A DNA stretch of 64,000 nucleotides from positions 115,568,001 through 115,632,000 of the forward strand of contig OX597823.1 in NCBI GenBank assembly GCA_951406725.2, written 5' to 3'. The position numbers and the translations under genes were made by a program. How positions within the stretch are numbered: position 1 is the first letter of the stretch; every line of letters starts with the position of its first letter. The notes under the pieces are model-generated. The model was not told the origin of the DNA, searched no databases, and worked only from the letters and a program-made list of their open reading frames with translations. Shown here piece after piece: positions 11,628 through 24,937 of the stretch. Source of the stretch: Octopus vulgaris. Its lineage: Eukaryota.

Positions 11628-14600
11628 GTAGGTTTCCATCTGCCAAATCTACTCACAAGGCTTTGGTCACTCTGGTGCCATAATAGAAAACATTTGCCCA
11701 TACAAAGCTCCATGGTTGAGAAGCAAACTTCTTTAAACGGTTTTGCCTTGTTTTGTTAATACTGATAAGATTTTGAATTCAGAACAGTAAAATACTATTC
11801 AGGTGCTAATCAAGTTCTCAGTCCAAGATTTTAATGTTCCTCTAATATTTCACTACCTTATCCATTATTAATATCAAAATTACAAACCTTAAATCTAAGA
11901 TCAAAATCTATTTTCCGCACTCTTAGGAATTTATTTAATTCTAATGATGTAATAATTCTCATTTCAAGTTAAGGATATTCATGAATTATGCTGTAAGAAC
12001 ATAAAAGTATAATTTCAAGAAATAATCTTTTAACTTTGCAGGAGATACATGTCTCTGCAGCCATTATTTAAAATTACTGGAATGGTCGCACTTCAAAAGC
12101 ATTTTGCTTTTGTAATATAATTTTGCATTACATTCTTTTAAGAAAAAAATGTTTGGAATTTTCAACTATTTTCCCATTCATGTAAAGAGTCTAAATAGAG
12201 TGTAAATTGCAACAGTCTAATTCTTACACACTCATTAACTTGGCTTGAAATCTAAAATAATCTCCACTTCATGTCTAGGTATATTCGTGCATATACACAG
12301 TCCGCTGTCATATGTAGTGAAGTGTACTGCCTAATATCTCTTGATTATTCACAAAGCCATTTTAACAAATGTTAAATATTCAGTGTTAAGTCTTAGAGCT
12401 GTTTGAAAGTGTTATGTCTCAGAGCTATTAAGAGTTATTAAGTTCTTAGAGCTTTTAGAAACATTTTTATATAATTTTACTAGTTTACAAATACATGATT
12501 TTATTTTTTCTTAAATTATTCTTCACATTTATATTTCCTCTCTTTTGGTACACGTGTTTCAATACAGTTCTGGTTTTGAATTTTATGTCTAATACCACTT
12601 TATTTAGAACTTTCTGTTACTCTCTGGTATCAGACATTTCTCTATTCAAAATACTCTAACTTAAGTTGCTGTGGTACTTGGAATTTCTCTATCCAGAATC
12701 TCTCAACATTTTTATTGAACTCTCTATAAATAAAGAATTATTTTAACCTCTTATTTCATTATATTGTCACTTTTATTTTAAATATTAAAGAATTTATTTC
12801 TATTTCCTTCTTGAGTTATAAAGCAGGAAATTAAATAATTTATTACTAAACTAAGGTGCTTGCCTTTTTTTTCCATTCCTTGTATAGAAATTTATTCTTT
12901 ACGAGTATAAACTTATTTTTAAAATATATCATTTAAAGAGAAAACATTTTCCTGTTGCTACTTCCATGTAAATATGTGAGTCAGTTTTAATGTGTAAGGC
13001 TTGTAGAGAAATGGACTTTTTGAAAATAAAATATTATCACAATGAGACTTTACTTTCTACCAAGTAATTTTATTAAATATTTCTTATACGAAGAACTTAC
13101 AAACCAAACAGTCAAAGCAGCAGGATCCAACTCTGTTGCTTTCTTGAAGACTCAGCTTTGCAATTTCAGAGTCTTTAATTACCTTGTTAGGTAACTAAAT
13201 AATCTAAATAATGAATGGAATTTGTTACCTTGTTTCAAAATTCATTCTGTATAGAAAACTAAATAGACCAAAAAAACCCCCAAAAAACCCCAGATAATTG
13301 TTTTCTTTATTAATCTCACTATCCCTTTTGTGTTCTCTTTCATTAAAACACTACAAAAATACATGAATTACTTCCAATTAACAACGATTTTTTTCCCTTT
13401 CTACTTTCTGTCATAAAGAAGGATATTTTCATGTTTCTCCAGCTTCTTGTAATAGATTCATGTGTTTGTGTTTAATTTATCTTTCGGGGTGAATAATCCT
13501 TTTATTATATGAGAAAATAATAGAAAATAATTGCAATGATCCTACCAATCATTCCTTTAATTATTTATTCATGAATGATATGCACAATTTTAGAGAGTAA
13601 ATGTCTAATTTTAATATTCTATTTCAATTAGGAATAATTTTCTTGTTGGAATTTAATTTATTTTTAATCAATCAATCAATTTAACATGTTTTGAATTTCC
13701 ATAATGATTATATTTTCTTCTAGATCTGTTGTTGAAAGAATCAAATTTTCTTTTATTGCAATTTTTTTTTGAACTAGAATATTCTAAATGTTTTCCTTTC
13801 TTCCCTTACCATTTACTTTAATTCGGCTTCAATCATCCATGATAATGTTTAGAATCTGTGACATTCAACATCCCTTTTAAGATCCTTGCAGGTGGGCAAT
13901 TTTAAAGGCTTTTTACTTTAAAAGATATTTTTTCTCCATTTTATTCGATAAATTCATTTTGAAAACCCAAATAATTACCAGTGAAAGAAACCACACCTTT
14001 TGAACTGTCTTAATTGATTTATTTCTGTCAAAAGTTCTTGTTTTGTTTGTTATTTCAGATTCGTCTGGTTAAAAATTAAATGTCTTCATAATAAAAACAG
14101 ATTGTGTTTACAAGCTAAATCTACCACATAACATTCATAATGACAGAAATTTATTGCTAAAATTATTTTGTTTAGCAAAGCCATGTTGTTTTGAAGTGTT
14201 TCCCCTGCCCCCCCAGCCGGACTTGCCCCTCAGCACCTCAGCATTAGAACATTCATGAATGTATCATACATTCTTAGATGCATTGTGAATTGTCTTTAAA
14301 GAAATTCCACTCGTGTCTGGTATAGAAATAAGTTGGTTGTTCACTATTATTGGCTTTACATACCTTTCAAACAACACCTGCCTTAAGCCAATTACATTTA
14401 ATTTGATTCAGTTTACACAGTCATTTTTTAGAAAATGTGATAAATTCTGTTAGACTGCTTCAGGTTATGAAGAAATGTTTCATTGTGTAAATGCTAACAG
14501 TTTTAGATGCTAAAAACGAGTAGGTGCACATAAAGTGATTATAGCAATTGCATTATTGCAACAGGAAATCATTTTGAACCTTTTTATTTTGCTAAGGCAA

Positions 14601-14880
14601 AAGAAAAATAAAACAAAAACAAAGAAAAGGAAAACAGAAATCAGTGTAAATAAATAGAATATTCATAATTATACTCTGCTGTAATATAATTTCTAGTTTT
14701 TCAAATAGTTTTATTTCCAATGTTTTCTGCTTCCTCTTCCTGTTATTATATTGTAGCACATTTAAAATTTGATATGGAAACTCTAAGCTGAGACAATATT
14801 TGTCAAAAGCAGGTGTGTAGTATTTTGTCCATAGGTGAATGAATACATACACACTTACACACAGGTGCATGCAACTGATT

Positions 14881-15183
14881 AGTTTGTTCCTTCTCGAGCC
14901 ATGCTTGGCTCATAAGGGCCAGTTTCCCGGTTTCCTTGGTGTATAGGTTCCCCACCTAGACAGGACGCCAGTCCGTCGCAGGTGAGCTGCAAGATGCAGG
15001 AGGAAAAAGTGAGAGAAAGTTGTGACGAAAGAGTCTGCAGAAGTTTGCCATTCCCTTCTGCCGGAGCCTCGTGGAACTTAGGTGTTTTGCTCATAAACAC
15101 ACACATCACCCAGTCCGAGATTCGAACATGCAATCCCTCGATCACGAGTCTGCTGCTCTAACCACTAGGCCATGTGCCCCCAC
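14881..15183 (-). mobile_element. SINE-D, full length, 13-bp TSD
   Basis: tRNA head (TGGCCTAGTGG ... GTTCGAATC); TSD CATGCAACTGATT at 14868-14880 and 15184-15196. Confidence 0.92.
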
Positions 15184-15734
15184 CATGCAACTGATTCAGT
15201 TGCATTAATTTAAGATGGTCCATTATCAGCTAGTTGTCTATTTATTTCCTCTACAAACAGAAAAAAAACACTTACATGTGTTCATGTTATGAAAGCATCT
15301 TACTTACTCTCTCACTGCTTATATCATTCTGTCTGTTCCAAGGTTTTCGTGTGTGTCATTTTCTATTGCGAAATATGAGAGAGTAATATTTTTGTGATGG
15401 GTGGCCAGGCAAGGATTTACTAAGTTATCTGGATTGTAAGACTTAAAGAAAGGCAATTGCTGTCATCTGAAGGATAATACAACTGAGATCTCATTATACA
15501 CAATTTGGACAATAACGGTTGCAGAAGCACTCATCTTTATTAGCTTTTATAGCAAAGGAAAACTGATTGCTAGAATTAACGATGATGGCTCTACATCCAT
15601 TAATAAAGTCTTGGTATTGTATTTTAATTAGATCCATCAATCTTATGTTTGTGTTGATGTGTCTGGATCAAATGACAGAGTGAGCTTTGAGAGGATTTGT
15701 AGAGGTTTGGGATTCAATTGTCTGAAGACTTGCA

Positions 15735-16182
15735 TCTTTTATCTTTCGTCTTTTGTTTTAGTCATTGGACTGTGGCGTTGCTGAGGCATCGTCTTGAAGG
15801 GTTTAGTCTAACAAATGAAACCCAGTGCTTAGGCTTTGTTTTTTTTTTATTTTAGTCTGGTACTTATTCTATCAATCTCTTTTGCTGAGCCTCTAAGTTA
15901 TAGGGATGTAAACAAACCAATACTGGTTGTCAAGCATTGGCGGGAGACAAAAACAGCAACAGTGCAAAGGCACAGACACATGCACATACACACACACACA
16001 TGCACACACACAAAAACATGATGGGCTTCTTTCAGTTTCCATATATCAAATCCACTCATATGGCTTTGGTCAGCCTAGAGCTATAGTAGAAGAGATTTGC
16101 TCAAGGTGGCATGCACTAAGACTGAACCTGTAAACATGTGGTTGGTAAGCAAATCTCTTACCACATAGCCACACATGTACCT
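15735..16182 (-). mobile_element. Diverged SINE-C
   Basis: Collinear with the other SINE-C copies. Confidence 0.8.
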
Positions 16183-16631
16183 AGAAAAATAAGCACTCAA
16201 CATGAAATGTCAATCATTGATTTTATTTTTCTAAGTGTGTTTTTTGTGTTAAAAGTAACAAACAGTATAAAAGTTTGAATCCAGAGTTATGATTTCCTGA
16301 AATAATATACCATAATTTTAGTATATGTTACCATTTTATCAAGATCATATTAATGGTAAAGTGATGATGGTCTATAAATTAAATAGTTATACACCAAACT
16401 TTATTTTAATCATTATAGTTGTTCTTCTTTGATTCCAGGTCTGCCCTGGGCTGATCAGGGCTGTTTGTAGTATCATCTGTTAAATATATAACAGTAGGTT
16501 AATATTAATCTGAAAGTACAACAGTTGAATATATAACACCAGGTTCACACTGAACATATAACATATAACAATGAACATATAACATATAACAATGGGTTTA
16601 CATTACTTCTGCCCAAACGAAGTGAGTCTAT

Positions 16632-17282
16632 CAGGCATGTGTAATTACTCAGGGTAGGCAGTTGGTGATGTTTATGTAGTAAAACACACAAAAAAATAAG
16701 TGAAACACAGGCGTGCGACTGAGTTGGAGGCAGATTTACGTCTACCTTTATAGCGCATAAAGGAAACATTGTTGTAGGAATGTACGCAGCATGTGTACTA
16801 CAGCAGTACCGTACGTAGTTTTAATACTGAAATTGAAAGGCAGAGATGAATTATGCCTACCTAATGTACAAAAAAAAAAAAGATATTTTGCATTTTATGC
16901 AGAATAATCAGAGCAACCTTCATAATTTTATTGAATTAGGTGCATATTTTGTCATAAAAGGAAAATGTTACTTATTTCTTTATTGCCCACAAGGGGCTAA
17001 ACACAGAGAAGACAAACAAGGACAGACAAATGGATTAAGTCGATTACATCGACCCCAGTGTGTAACTGGTACTTAATTTATCGACCCCGAAAGGATGAAA
17101 GGCAAAGTCGACCTCGGCGGAATTTGAACTCAGAACGTAACGGCAGATGAAATACCGCAAAGCATTTCGCCCAGTGGGCTGATGTTTCTGCCAGCTCACT
17201 GCCTTTGTACATAAAAGGAAAATGTTACTATCAATCTATTTTATTCAGAGTAGGCACTGCGTACCCAGGCAGTACGTCCCTG
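16632..17282. mobile_element. Possible old hAT-like MITE interrupted by SINE-B
   Basis: Ends CAGGCATGT / ACGTCCCTG (7/9 inverted match); flanks GAGTCTAT / GTGTCTAC (6/8); splits a degenerate AATGGGTTTACATTAC minisatellite. Confidence 0.35.
16973..17203 (-). mobile_element. SINE-B, full length, 20-bp TSD
   Basis: tRNA-like head with B box GAGTTCAAATTCC; TSD CATAAAAGGAAAATGTTACT at 16953-16972 and 17210-17229. Confidence 0.95.
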
Positions 17283-18063
17283 GTGTCTACATTAGTCTTA
17301 GACATCCAGCTGTAGGTATACTTTATATTTGTATATAACACAGTTGTTTTACATGATTTCTGAACATAAAACAATGGGTTTACATTACTTGTACATGTGC
17401 AAGCATGGGGTTTACATTATTTCTGGACACACAACAATGGCTTTACAATACTTTTGTGTATACAGTGATGAGTTTACATAATTTGTAGACCCATGTAAGA
17501 CATGCAACAGCTGATAAATGTTAAATCTTGACATACACGAGGTTTACATGATTTGTAGACATTCAAGTGTGAGCTTACATTACTTGAGGACTTACAGCAG
17601 TGGATTTACATTCTGTGCAGACCTGCATAATCAGTGAAAGGGGTTTAGATGCCAAGAAAATGAAATTATTTCCATCCAGCTTGAGCAGTTTTTGAGTCTC
17701 ATTGTTGAGTTTTTTATTTCTCGAAATGAAGGAGTTGAAAATTTTGTTTGTTTTGGAATGTAATGCAGTGTAGAATAGCTTTGTCAGAGTCAATATGAGA
17801 CACTACAGATAAACAAACGAGATTTTATGTGGTTGTTTGATCTGTTAGAAATAGCAGGCACATTTCCCTCAGGTTGTAAAATTTCCCTCAGCCTTAAAAA
17901 AATGTAGATACATTATATAATACCTTAGTCATTGAGAATACTGTAGTGAGACTTCTTTTGAGTTTTGAATCTTCTTTCTCAAGATCTTTCTCAAGATCCA
18001 TCATTTAGAACTATGGTCTAGCTATCTTGCCATAAATGACAAAGTTCCACTATGAGAAATTAA

Positions 18064-18464
18064 GGATCTTTTTGGTTTGAATGGCAGTTTTTAACATAAT
18101 TCTAGGTAACTAAAAAATTTCATACTTCGTATACTGGTAGAATGTATTTATAAAACATCTTTTTCTATTGGCTTTATTGAGAAAATTCTATAGTTTGTAA
18201 GATATTTGTTTTTTTTTTTTTTCTTCATTTTCTGCAATTTCAACCAATCACTGACGTTTATTGAGGTGAAAAAGTATTCTGTGCTGTATGAATATGTCCC
18301 TCGTTTAAGAAACAGATTGGGTTTATTTACATTTGTGAAGAAAAAAAGATACTCTAACCCTAAAAGAAATTGAAATGCAATAGATCGATTCTAGGGTCAT
18401 AATTATGGGTGACAATTTCATATGACACCGCTAGAAAAAACTGCCGTTCAAACCAAAAGGATCC
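18064..18464. mobile_element. MITE family M copy 2, perfect 8-bp TSD
   Basis: GGATCTTTTTGGTTTGAATGGCAG ... CTGCCGTTCAAACCAAAAGGATCC; TSD GAAATTAA on both sides. Confidence 0.93.
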
Positions 18465-19149
18465 GAAATTAACTGTCATTAACGCCCATGTGATCATATT
18501 TCAGCCAATCGGTTTGGCAGATTTGTAAGTCTTGTTTCATTGGTCTGATTTGGTAATTTAATGCAGTCATCTGTTTGGTCATCTTCTACAACTTAAAAGC
18601 AGATGCCCTTAGTAAGTCCATCCATAGTATTTAATGGGGACAACATTACTGAAAGGCATCTGTGGTAATGAAAATTTATCATAAGTTGAATTGTGTTGAT
18701 AACTAGAGTTTATTTAATCAATTTAAGAGGAGCAGTCCCGACACAATATAAACTACAAATAACTAGAAATGGTAAAGCAGTTAAACTACCTTGCTTGTTT
18801 CTGAAGCAACTCTCTTGCCATATCCTGTATAAAAATACTAATATATTGTGAATCCATGCTTAAGGCTATTTTATTTAATAGAATTTTAATGAAATCATTT
18901 TCAACAAAATTGTTACATTAAACATTATAATCTCCAGTGTGAGAGAGGACAAAGTGACAGTCATCTTATATCATTTTACTTAAAATGTTAGTAGTTAATT
19001 CATAAAACATACACAGATTGGTGAAAGCATATCCTTAATATAGCTAGAATTGCATATCAGTTACTGGCTCAGTTCTTTAAAAAACAGAAAATACTCCAAT
19101 CCCCAATGAGTATTGACCCTCTACAAAGCTCCTATGAGACTCTCATTGT

Positions 19150-19490
19150 AGAATTGCTCTCATTGCAGAGCCGGTATTGGTACTGCATACATGCACATCC
19201 TCACATGCACATTCCAGCCTCTGGGCTACAGGCATACTGTCCCCTCTATCTGCCTATTCTATCATTTCTATAACAGCTTCTGCTCCTTGAAGCTGCTTAT
19301 GCTCAGGCTACCTCCATCTAAGCATTCCCGACTCACTCGTCTCTTCATTACCCTTGTTATGTCCAATACCTAAGCTTGCACTTTACTCGGTTCCACCTTC
19401 CTAGAACATCAGTTTTGGGGAATTTACCATGTATGTTGACTTGCAACAGTTCAAGAGGAACATTAATGGCACAATTCTCACTGATTCTGA
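19150..19490 (+). pseudogene. Decayed C-terminus of a CR1/Jockey-group LINE ORF2
   Basis: FQPLGYRHTVPSICLFYHFYNSFCSLKL ... LPRTSVLGNLP ... DLQQFKRNIN resembles the LQPL..RR....LFYRYY..CS.EL / PRT..LWN.LP / DLQ.FK tail of these LINEs. Confidence 0.7.
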
Positions 19491-20155
19491 AAGGTTTGTG
19501 AAAGCCATGGGTATTACCACAACAACAACAAACACTGTAAATTAACAGCAATAATAATATGCATCACAGAAAGAGCACACAGCTTCCCATTCAGAATGAA
19601 CACACAAAACATGTTGCAGTCACTTTTCTTGTATTTCTCAACTGTACTGTCTATTATGAAGTGTCTAAAAGTTTCATTGCACTTCAGCAACCTAAGACAC
19701 TGGTTTGGGAATAATTTCTCTTTTTATGATACAGATTATGCTTCATAGTCACTTGAAAAGTTAATTTCACTTCATGCCATTGAGTGAATCATTATTTGGC
19801 TGTTACCATTGTGTGTTACTGTTGGAGATTGAGAGCAATCTGATGACAAGACAAAACTTTATCAGTTTTGCTTTTTTTTCTTTTACAAATAGCAGCAATA
19901 AAAGAAATTATACTGAGATATAATCTACTTTAGGAGAATAATACCTCATTATTCTTCATCATCATCATCACATCACCATCATCAACAACAACATTAAGAT
20001 CTTATTGATTTCAAGGAGGTATTTCTTGAGAAATTTTTTAAATTTTGGTTATATAATGAAGCACCATTCTTAGATTTTTATCTCTCTTTACTTCATTCTG
20101 CTTCTTGCATTGCAGAACCATTCCCCGTTCAATTGTACCCTTTTATTTATGATAT

Positions 20156-20560
20156 ACTCTTTTACTCTCTTTTACTCTTTTACTTGTTTCAGTCATTTGA
20201 TTGTGGCCATGCTGGAGCACCGCCTTTAGTCAAGCAAATCGACCCCAGGACTTACTGTTTGTAAGCCTAGTACTTATTCTATCGGTCTCTTTTGCCAAAC
20301 TGCTAAGTTACGGAGACGTAAACACACCAGCATCGGTTGTCAAGCGATGTTGGGGGGACAAACACAGACACACAAACACACACACACATATATATATATA
20401 CATATATATGACGGGCTTCTTTCAGTTTCCATCTACCAAATCCACTCACAAGGCTTTGGTCGGCCTGAGGCTATAGCAGAAGACACTTGCCCAAGGTGCC
20501 ACACAGCGGGACTGAACCCAGAACCATGTGGTTCGTAAGCAAGCTACTCCTATGCCTATA
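20156..20560 (-). mobile_element. SINE-C
   Basis: Collinear with the family; (TACTCTTT)n tail at the left end. Confidence 0.9.
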
Positions 20561-20951
20561 TATTCAAAAGATTTTAAAATTGCTTCTTTCGTGTTATAGA
20601 AGCAACATCATGGTATATTATTCACTAATTAGGACTAAAGTTAATTTAGCAAATTTGAAGTATGTGAAGTGTGACCCCAAAACTCTCAAGTTCTTGATTG
20701 AGTGGTTGAAGCAATGACTTTAGTTGTTCCTCCTGAGATCGTTGTGTTTTTCATGTAGTGATAGGATGGGATAAGAAAGAGAGCAGGATGCAAGACCGTC
20801 TCTGATTGCATCTTTGTGCTGCTTTGCAGTCTCTAAAGAATACACCGGAAGAACAAACAGTTTCAAGCTGAGATTTCAAAGTTGTATTTACTTGATCTTT
20901 AAGATAAATCAAAAATCTTTGTGCCATTGATTTACACTATTTTTAGTAATA

Positions 20952-21214
20952 AAAATAATAAATAAATGCACCCTTTTAAAGCCTAGCAAGACTAATGGGC
21001 CCGGCTTCCCGGTTTCTATGGCATATGTGTTCCCCAGCTGGATGGGATGCCAGTCCATTGCAGCGTTACTCATTTTTGCCAGCTGAGTGGACTGGAGCAA
21101 CGTGAAATGAAGTGTTTTGCTCAAGAACACAACACGTCGCCCGGTCCAGGAATCGAAACCACATTCTTACGATCATGGTGCTGACACCATAACCACTAAG
21201 CCACGCTCCTCCAC
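20952..21214 (-). mobile_element. SINE-E (tRNA head plus CORE-like domain), 13-bp TSD
   Basis: TTGTGTTCTTGAGCAAAACACTT...TCCACTCAGCTGG on the minus strand; TSD ATTTTTAGTAATA / ATTGTTAGTAATA. Confidence 0.88.
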
Positions 21215-21228
21215 ATTGTTAGTAATAT

Positions 21229-21430
21229 TGGTTTCAAATGTTGACACAAGGCCAGCAAATTTGAGAGGGGTTAAGTCAATTACATTGGCCGCAGTACTCA
21301 ACTGGTGCTTATTTTATACACCCCAAACGGCTGAAATGCAAAGTCAACCCTGGCAGCATTTGAACTCAGAATGAAATGCAGCTAAGTCCTTTGTTCAGCA
21401 TCCTAACAATTCTCCCAGTTTGCCACCTTA
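21229..21430 (-). mobile_element. Degenerate SINE-B (alternative-tail variant)
   Basis: Family core motifs; tail similar to 51971-52183. Confidence 0.7.
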
Positions 21431-21542
21431 TTGTTACTAATAATATTAAACTTTCATGAAGAATCATAAAGAGAACTTTGGAAATTTTAAAATATTTCAT
21501 CCACTTGGCTAGCATCAGTAATTCTTTTATTCTCATATGAAT

Positions 21543-22100
21543 GTGTACTTGCCAAAATCAAAAGCAGTCATTTTAAATTTATATTTCAAACAAACACCAT
21601 TTTCCCATATTACTTTGTAACTTTTTAAAAAACTACCATTTGTTAAAGTATACAAAATTCACATTTGATATTTCTGAAGAGCAGAAGAGTTATCTATAAA
21701 TGCTTATCAATATAGGATTCCATTATTCTATATTATCTAAGTCTATGAACTATATTTGGAATGCAGGACAATATAATGGATTTTACACATAACTATAATG
21801 GATTATTACAGAAGACTAACCAAGGAAGCATATATGGATTTAAAGACTCATGCTAAAGTGTACTTACCAAAATCAAAAGCAGTAATTTTTAATTTTTTAT
21901 TTATATTTCAAACAAACACCATTTTATTATATTACTTCATATTTTTTGAAAAAACTACCATTCGATAGATTATACAAAATTCAAGTTTTATATCTCTGAA
22001 GAGCAGAAGAGTTGTCTATAAATGCTTATCAATATAGGATTCCATTATAGGGACAGCACTTCTGTGAAACGATTGTAAGATGCTTTAAAAACTTAATTCA
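21543..22100 (+). mobile_element. Penelope-like element 3' remnant with partial tandem pseudo-LTR
   Basis: ~185-bp direct repeat (21543-21726 vs 21858-22047); the spacer encodes DYYRRLTKEAY, like the RR..KEA motif of PLE GIY-YIG C-termini; the second repeat contains an HHR. Confidence 0.7.
21991..22082 (+). ncRNA. Type I hammerhead ribozyme motif with intact core
   Basis: Stem I TATCT/AGATG; CTGAAGA 21996-22002; stem II GCAGAAG/CTTCTGT extended; GAAA 22066-22069; mini stem III AC-GATT-GT; cleavage triplet GTA 22075-22077. Confidence 0.8.
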
Positions 22101-22973
22101 AAACTTTTAAACTATTATATATATTAATACTTATACATATTTACATATATTTATATATATTTATATTTTTAATACAACATGATCAGGAAATCTTTATTGA
22201 TATCGCTGGTATTCTGGGGTATCTAGGGTATAACACTTGTCATAGTTTCATATTGTATTGTAATATCTTTAGCAATGTGTTAGCTAAACTATCTGCATAT
22301 ATGTTGAAGCTGGTCCTTCTGGCCTTGACAGAGATTCTTTCTACCATATTTGCAAAACCCTGCTATTCAGCCGGCTGAGCCTTTTGGTCTCTTGTCAAAG
22401 GAATCTCTGCCAATTTTGATAACTGTGTTAGGAGCCATACACCAGCTGGCTCAAAACCTTTGTATGTGCTGCCCCATTGTTTTCAAATTTGCATTGCTTG
22501 CCCTCAATAAAAATCTCTTAAATTTTCACTCCACTCCATCATCCTCACGGTCTAAAAATGTGTAAACATCTCTGGTTGATTTATCTTCCAAAAGGCAACT
22601 AACCATGGGAATGTCCCTTCCAGTATCCTCTGACAGTACATTCCAGAGACAAATACTATTCAAATTAAGTTCTTCAATATTTCTCCTCTAACTACAAGAA
22701 TCTATGCTTGTTATTCTTTGAAAACACAGTGTGTCCTAAGACCAAGAAGAGAAACCTCTATGATGCTACCAACTAATATTCTATTGACCTCACTTCCAGC
22801 ATCTCAGTGAAAACTGTCATTAACAATCACCCCTTTAACCCCATGATTCTTTCTCTCTCCTCAGTGTCCACCCCTATTGACCTAAATCTACCAATGACTT
22901 GCTCTGTTTTGATGCTCACTTGTCTCTTTGAGAACTTTAGTAAAAGCAAATCTGTTACGCTTAACATCATAAA

Positions 22974-23404
22974 GGATCTTTTCGGTTTGAACGGCAGTTT
23001 TTTCTAGTGGTGTCATATGAAATTGTCACCCATAATTATGACCCTAGAATCGATCTGTTGCATTTCAGTCTCTTTTAGGGTTAGGGTAGTTAGGGTTAGG
23101 GTTAGGGGTGGGGGAAGGGTATCTTTTTTTCTTCACAAATGTAAATAAACCCAATCTGTTTCTTAAACGAGGGACATATTCATACAGCACAGAATGCTTT
23201 TTAACTCAATAGACGTCACTGATTGGTTGAAATTTCAGAAATTGAAGAAAAAAAAAACCAAATATCTTACAGACTATAGAATTTTCTCAATAAAGCCAAG
23301 AGAAAAAGATGTTTTATAAACACATTCTACCAGTATACGAAGTTTGAAATTTTTTAGTTACCTAGAAATTTTGTTAAAAACTGCCGTTCAAACCAAAAAG
23401 ATCC
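22974..23404. mobile_element. MITE family M copy 3 (inverted), perfect 8-bp TSD, internal (TTAGGG)n
   Basis: Same TIRs as copies 1 and 2; TSD ATCATAAA on both sides; TTAGGG units at ~23075-23107. Confidence 0.95.
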
Positions 23405-24937
23405 ATCATAAAAATTCTCAACTGTATCAGGTCGCAAATTGTTTGATTGTGTGTTTCATTCATTTCTGCTTGTCTCTGGAAGTGGTGGAAATTTCCTTTC
23501 ATACTGCAATACAATGAGCGTTGACTGGTCTTCTTCCAAGCAAGATTCTCTCAGTTTTGGTGTACCTTAAGGTTTCATGTCAAACCAGCCCTCTTTTGTT
23601 TTGTATGTGACCTAACCTCTATGCAGATGCTTCCACCCTTCACTCTTTCTTAACTCTATCTCATGACAGATGTGAGCTGAGACATTGAAACCATTCTTCC
23701 ACAGAAACCTGACAGCCTGGTCTCTTATACCAGTACAGGAATAATTGCACTACATTACCCGAGGAACTGTCTTGTAAATCAACTAATCATGACAACAATA
23801 TTCGAAACTCTCAAAGTCATTACAAATTCTAGTCCTTGCAATCCATAGTCTGTCACGGAGATCTGTATATGTGTGTGTGTGTGTGTCTGTCTGTCTGCTG
23901 GTGGTGGTGGTGGTGGTGGTGTGTGTGTGTGTGTGTGTGTGTAGCTTCTCCAGGGCTAGGTTTTTCCCTTTAGGGCAGAAAATATTTCACAGCTGGCCTT
24001 CTACAAAGTTCATGTGTGACTTGCATTGAATTACTATTCACAAAAGTGAGTCGGTGCTGTTACTGTTACAGTCACACTAAACTTGACTCTAAAAAGCAGG
24101 TTCCCTGCCTGACTCACGAACACACTACCATCCTGAGTCCACAGACGAACTGTCTTCTCTGTAATTTACACAGACATTCACATGAATATCCTCTCCATCC
24201 GCCTCACTTTTCTGCCTCACATTTCTTGTTCTTGTCATCACCTTTCTGCACTTGCTATTTGCAATCCTTCCTCCCCAGAACTATAATCTATTGGTTTTTC
24301 TTCCCCACCCACACACCCACCTCATCTCACTCACAAGTTTGTGTGTGTTCATTTTGTGTATGTGTGTGCATGTGTGAGCATTTGTATGTGTGTGTATGTA
24401 TATATATATATATATATATATAAATGTGTGTGTGCGTTTGTGTTTACAAACCAAGGAATTATTTTCAGTATTAGGCTTGATTTGTTGGAATTAAATCAAA
24501 TTAATCTTACCAAGTTCCATATAAAACAGAAATTCTTTGATGCTGCTGCATTATGTGGTGATACATGGGTATCATACTTAAGTAACACAAGTCACTAATA
24601 CTAGTTTCAAATTTTGGGACAAGGACACCAATTTTACGAGAGGAGTTAAGTCAATCATATCTACCATTGTTCAACTGGTACCATTTTATCGACCCCAAAA
24701 GGATGAAAGGTAAAGTCAACCTTGGTAGAATTTGAACTCAGAACGAATATGAATATCAGAACATTTCGACAGATATCTATGTAATTATTTGAGTAACTGT
24801 TAAAAGCATGAATTCAGGCAAAGTGCACTTTGAAAATAAAGTAGTTGATGAACAAGTGGTGACATCATAAAAATGAGGGCCTCAATACTCTTAAATGTTG
24901 AAGGTATGACAACTCTTCTAGTGTTGTTGCCATATGC

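Noticed and set aside
20735-20880. Possible coding exon (also 12043-12110, 54686-54750, 59161-59367)
   Set aside because: Acceptor-like sites exist, but the frames hit stops or lack donors and no protein is recognisable
23075-23107. True telomere or chromosome fusion site
   Set aside because: A short tract internal to a MITE and present in the other copies
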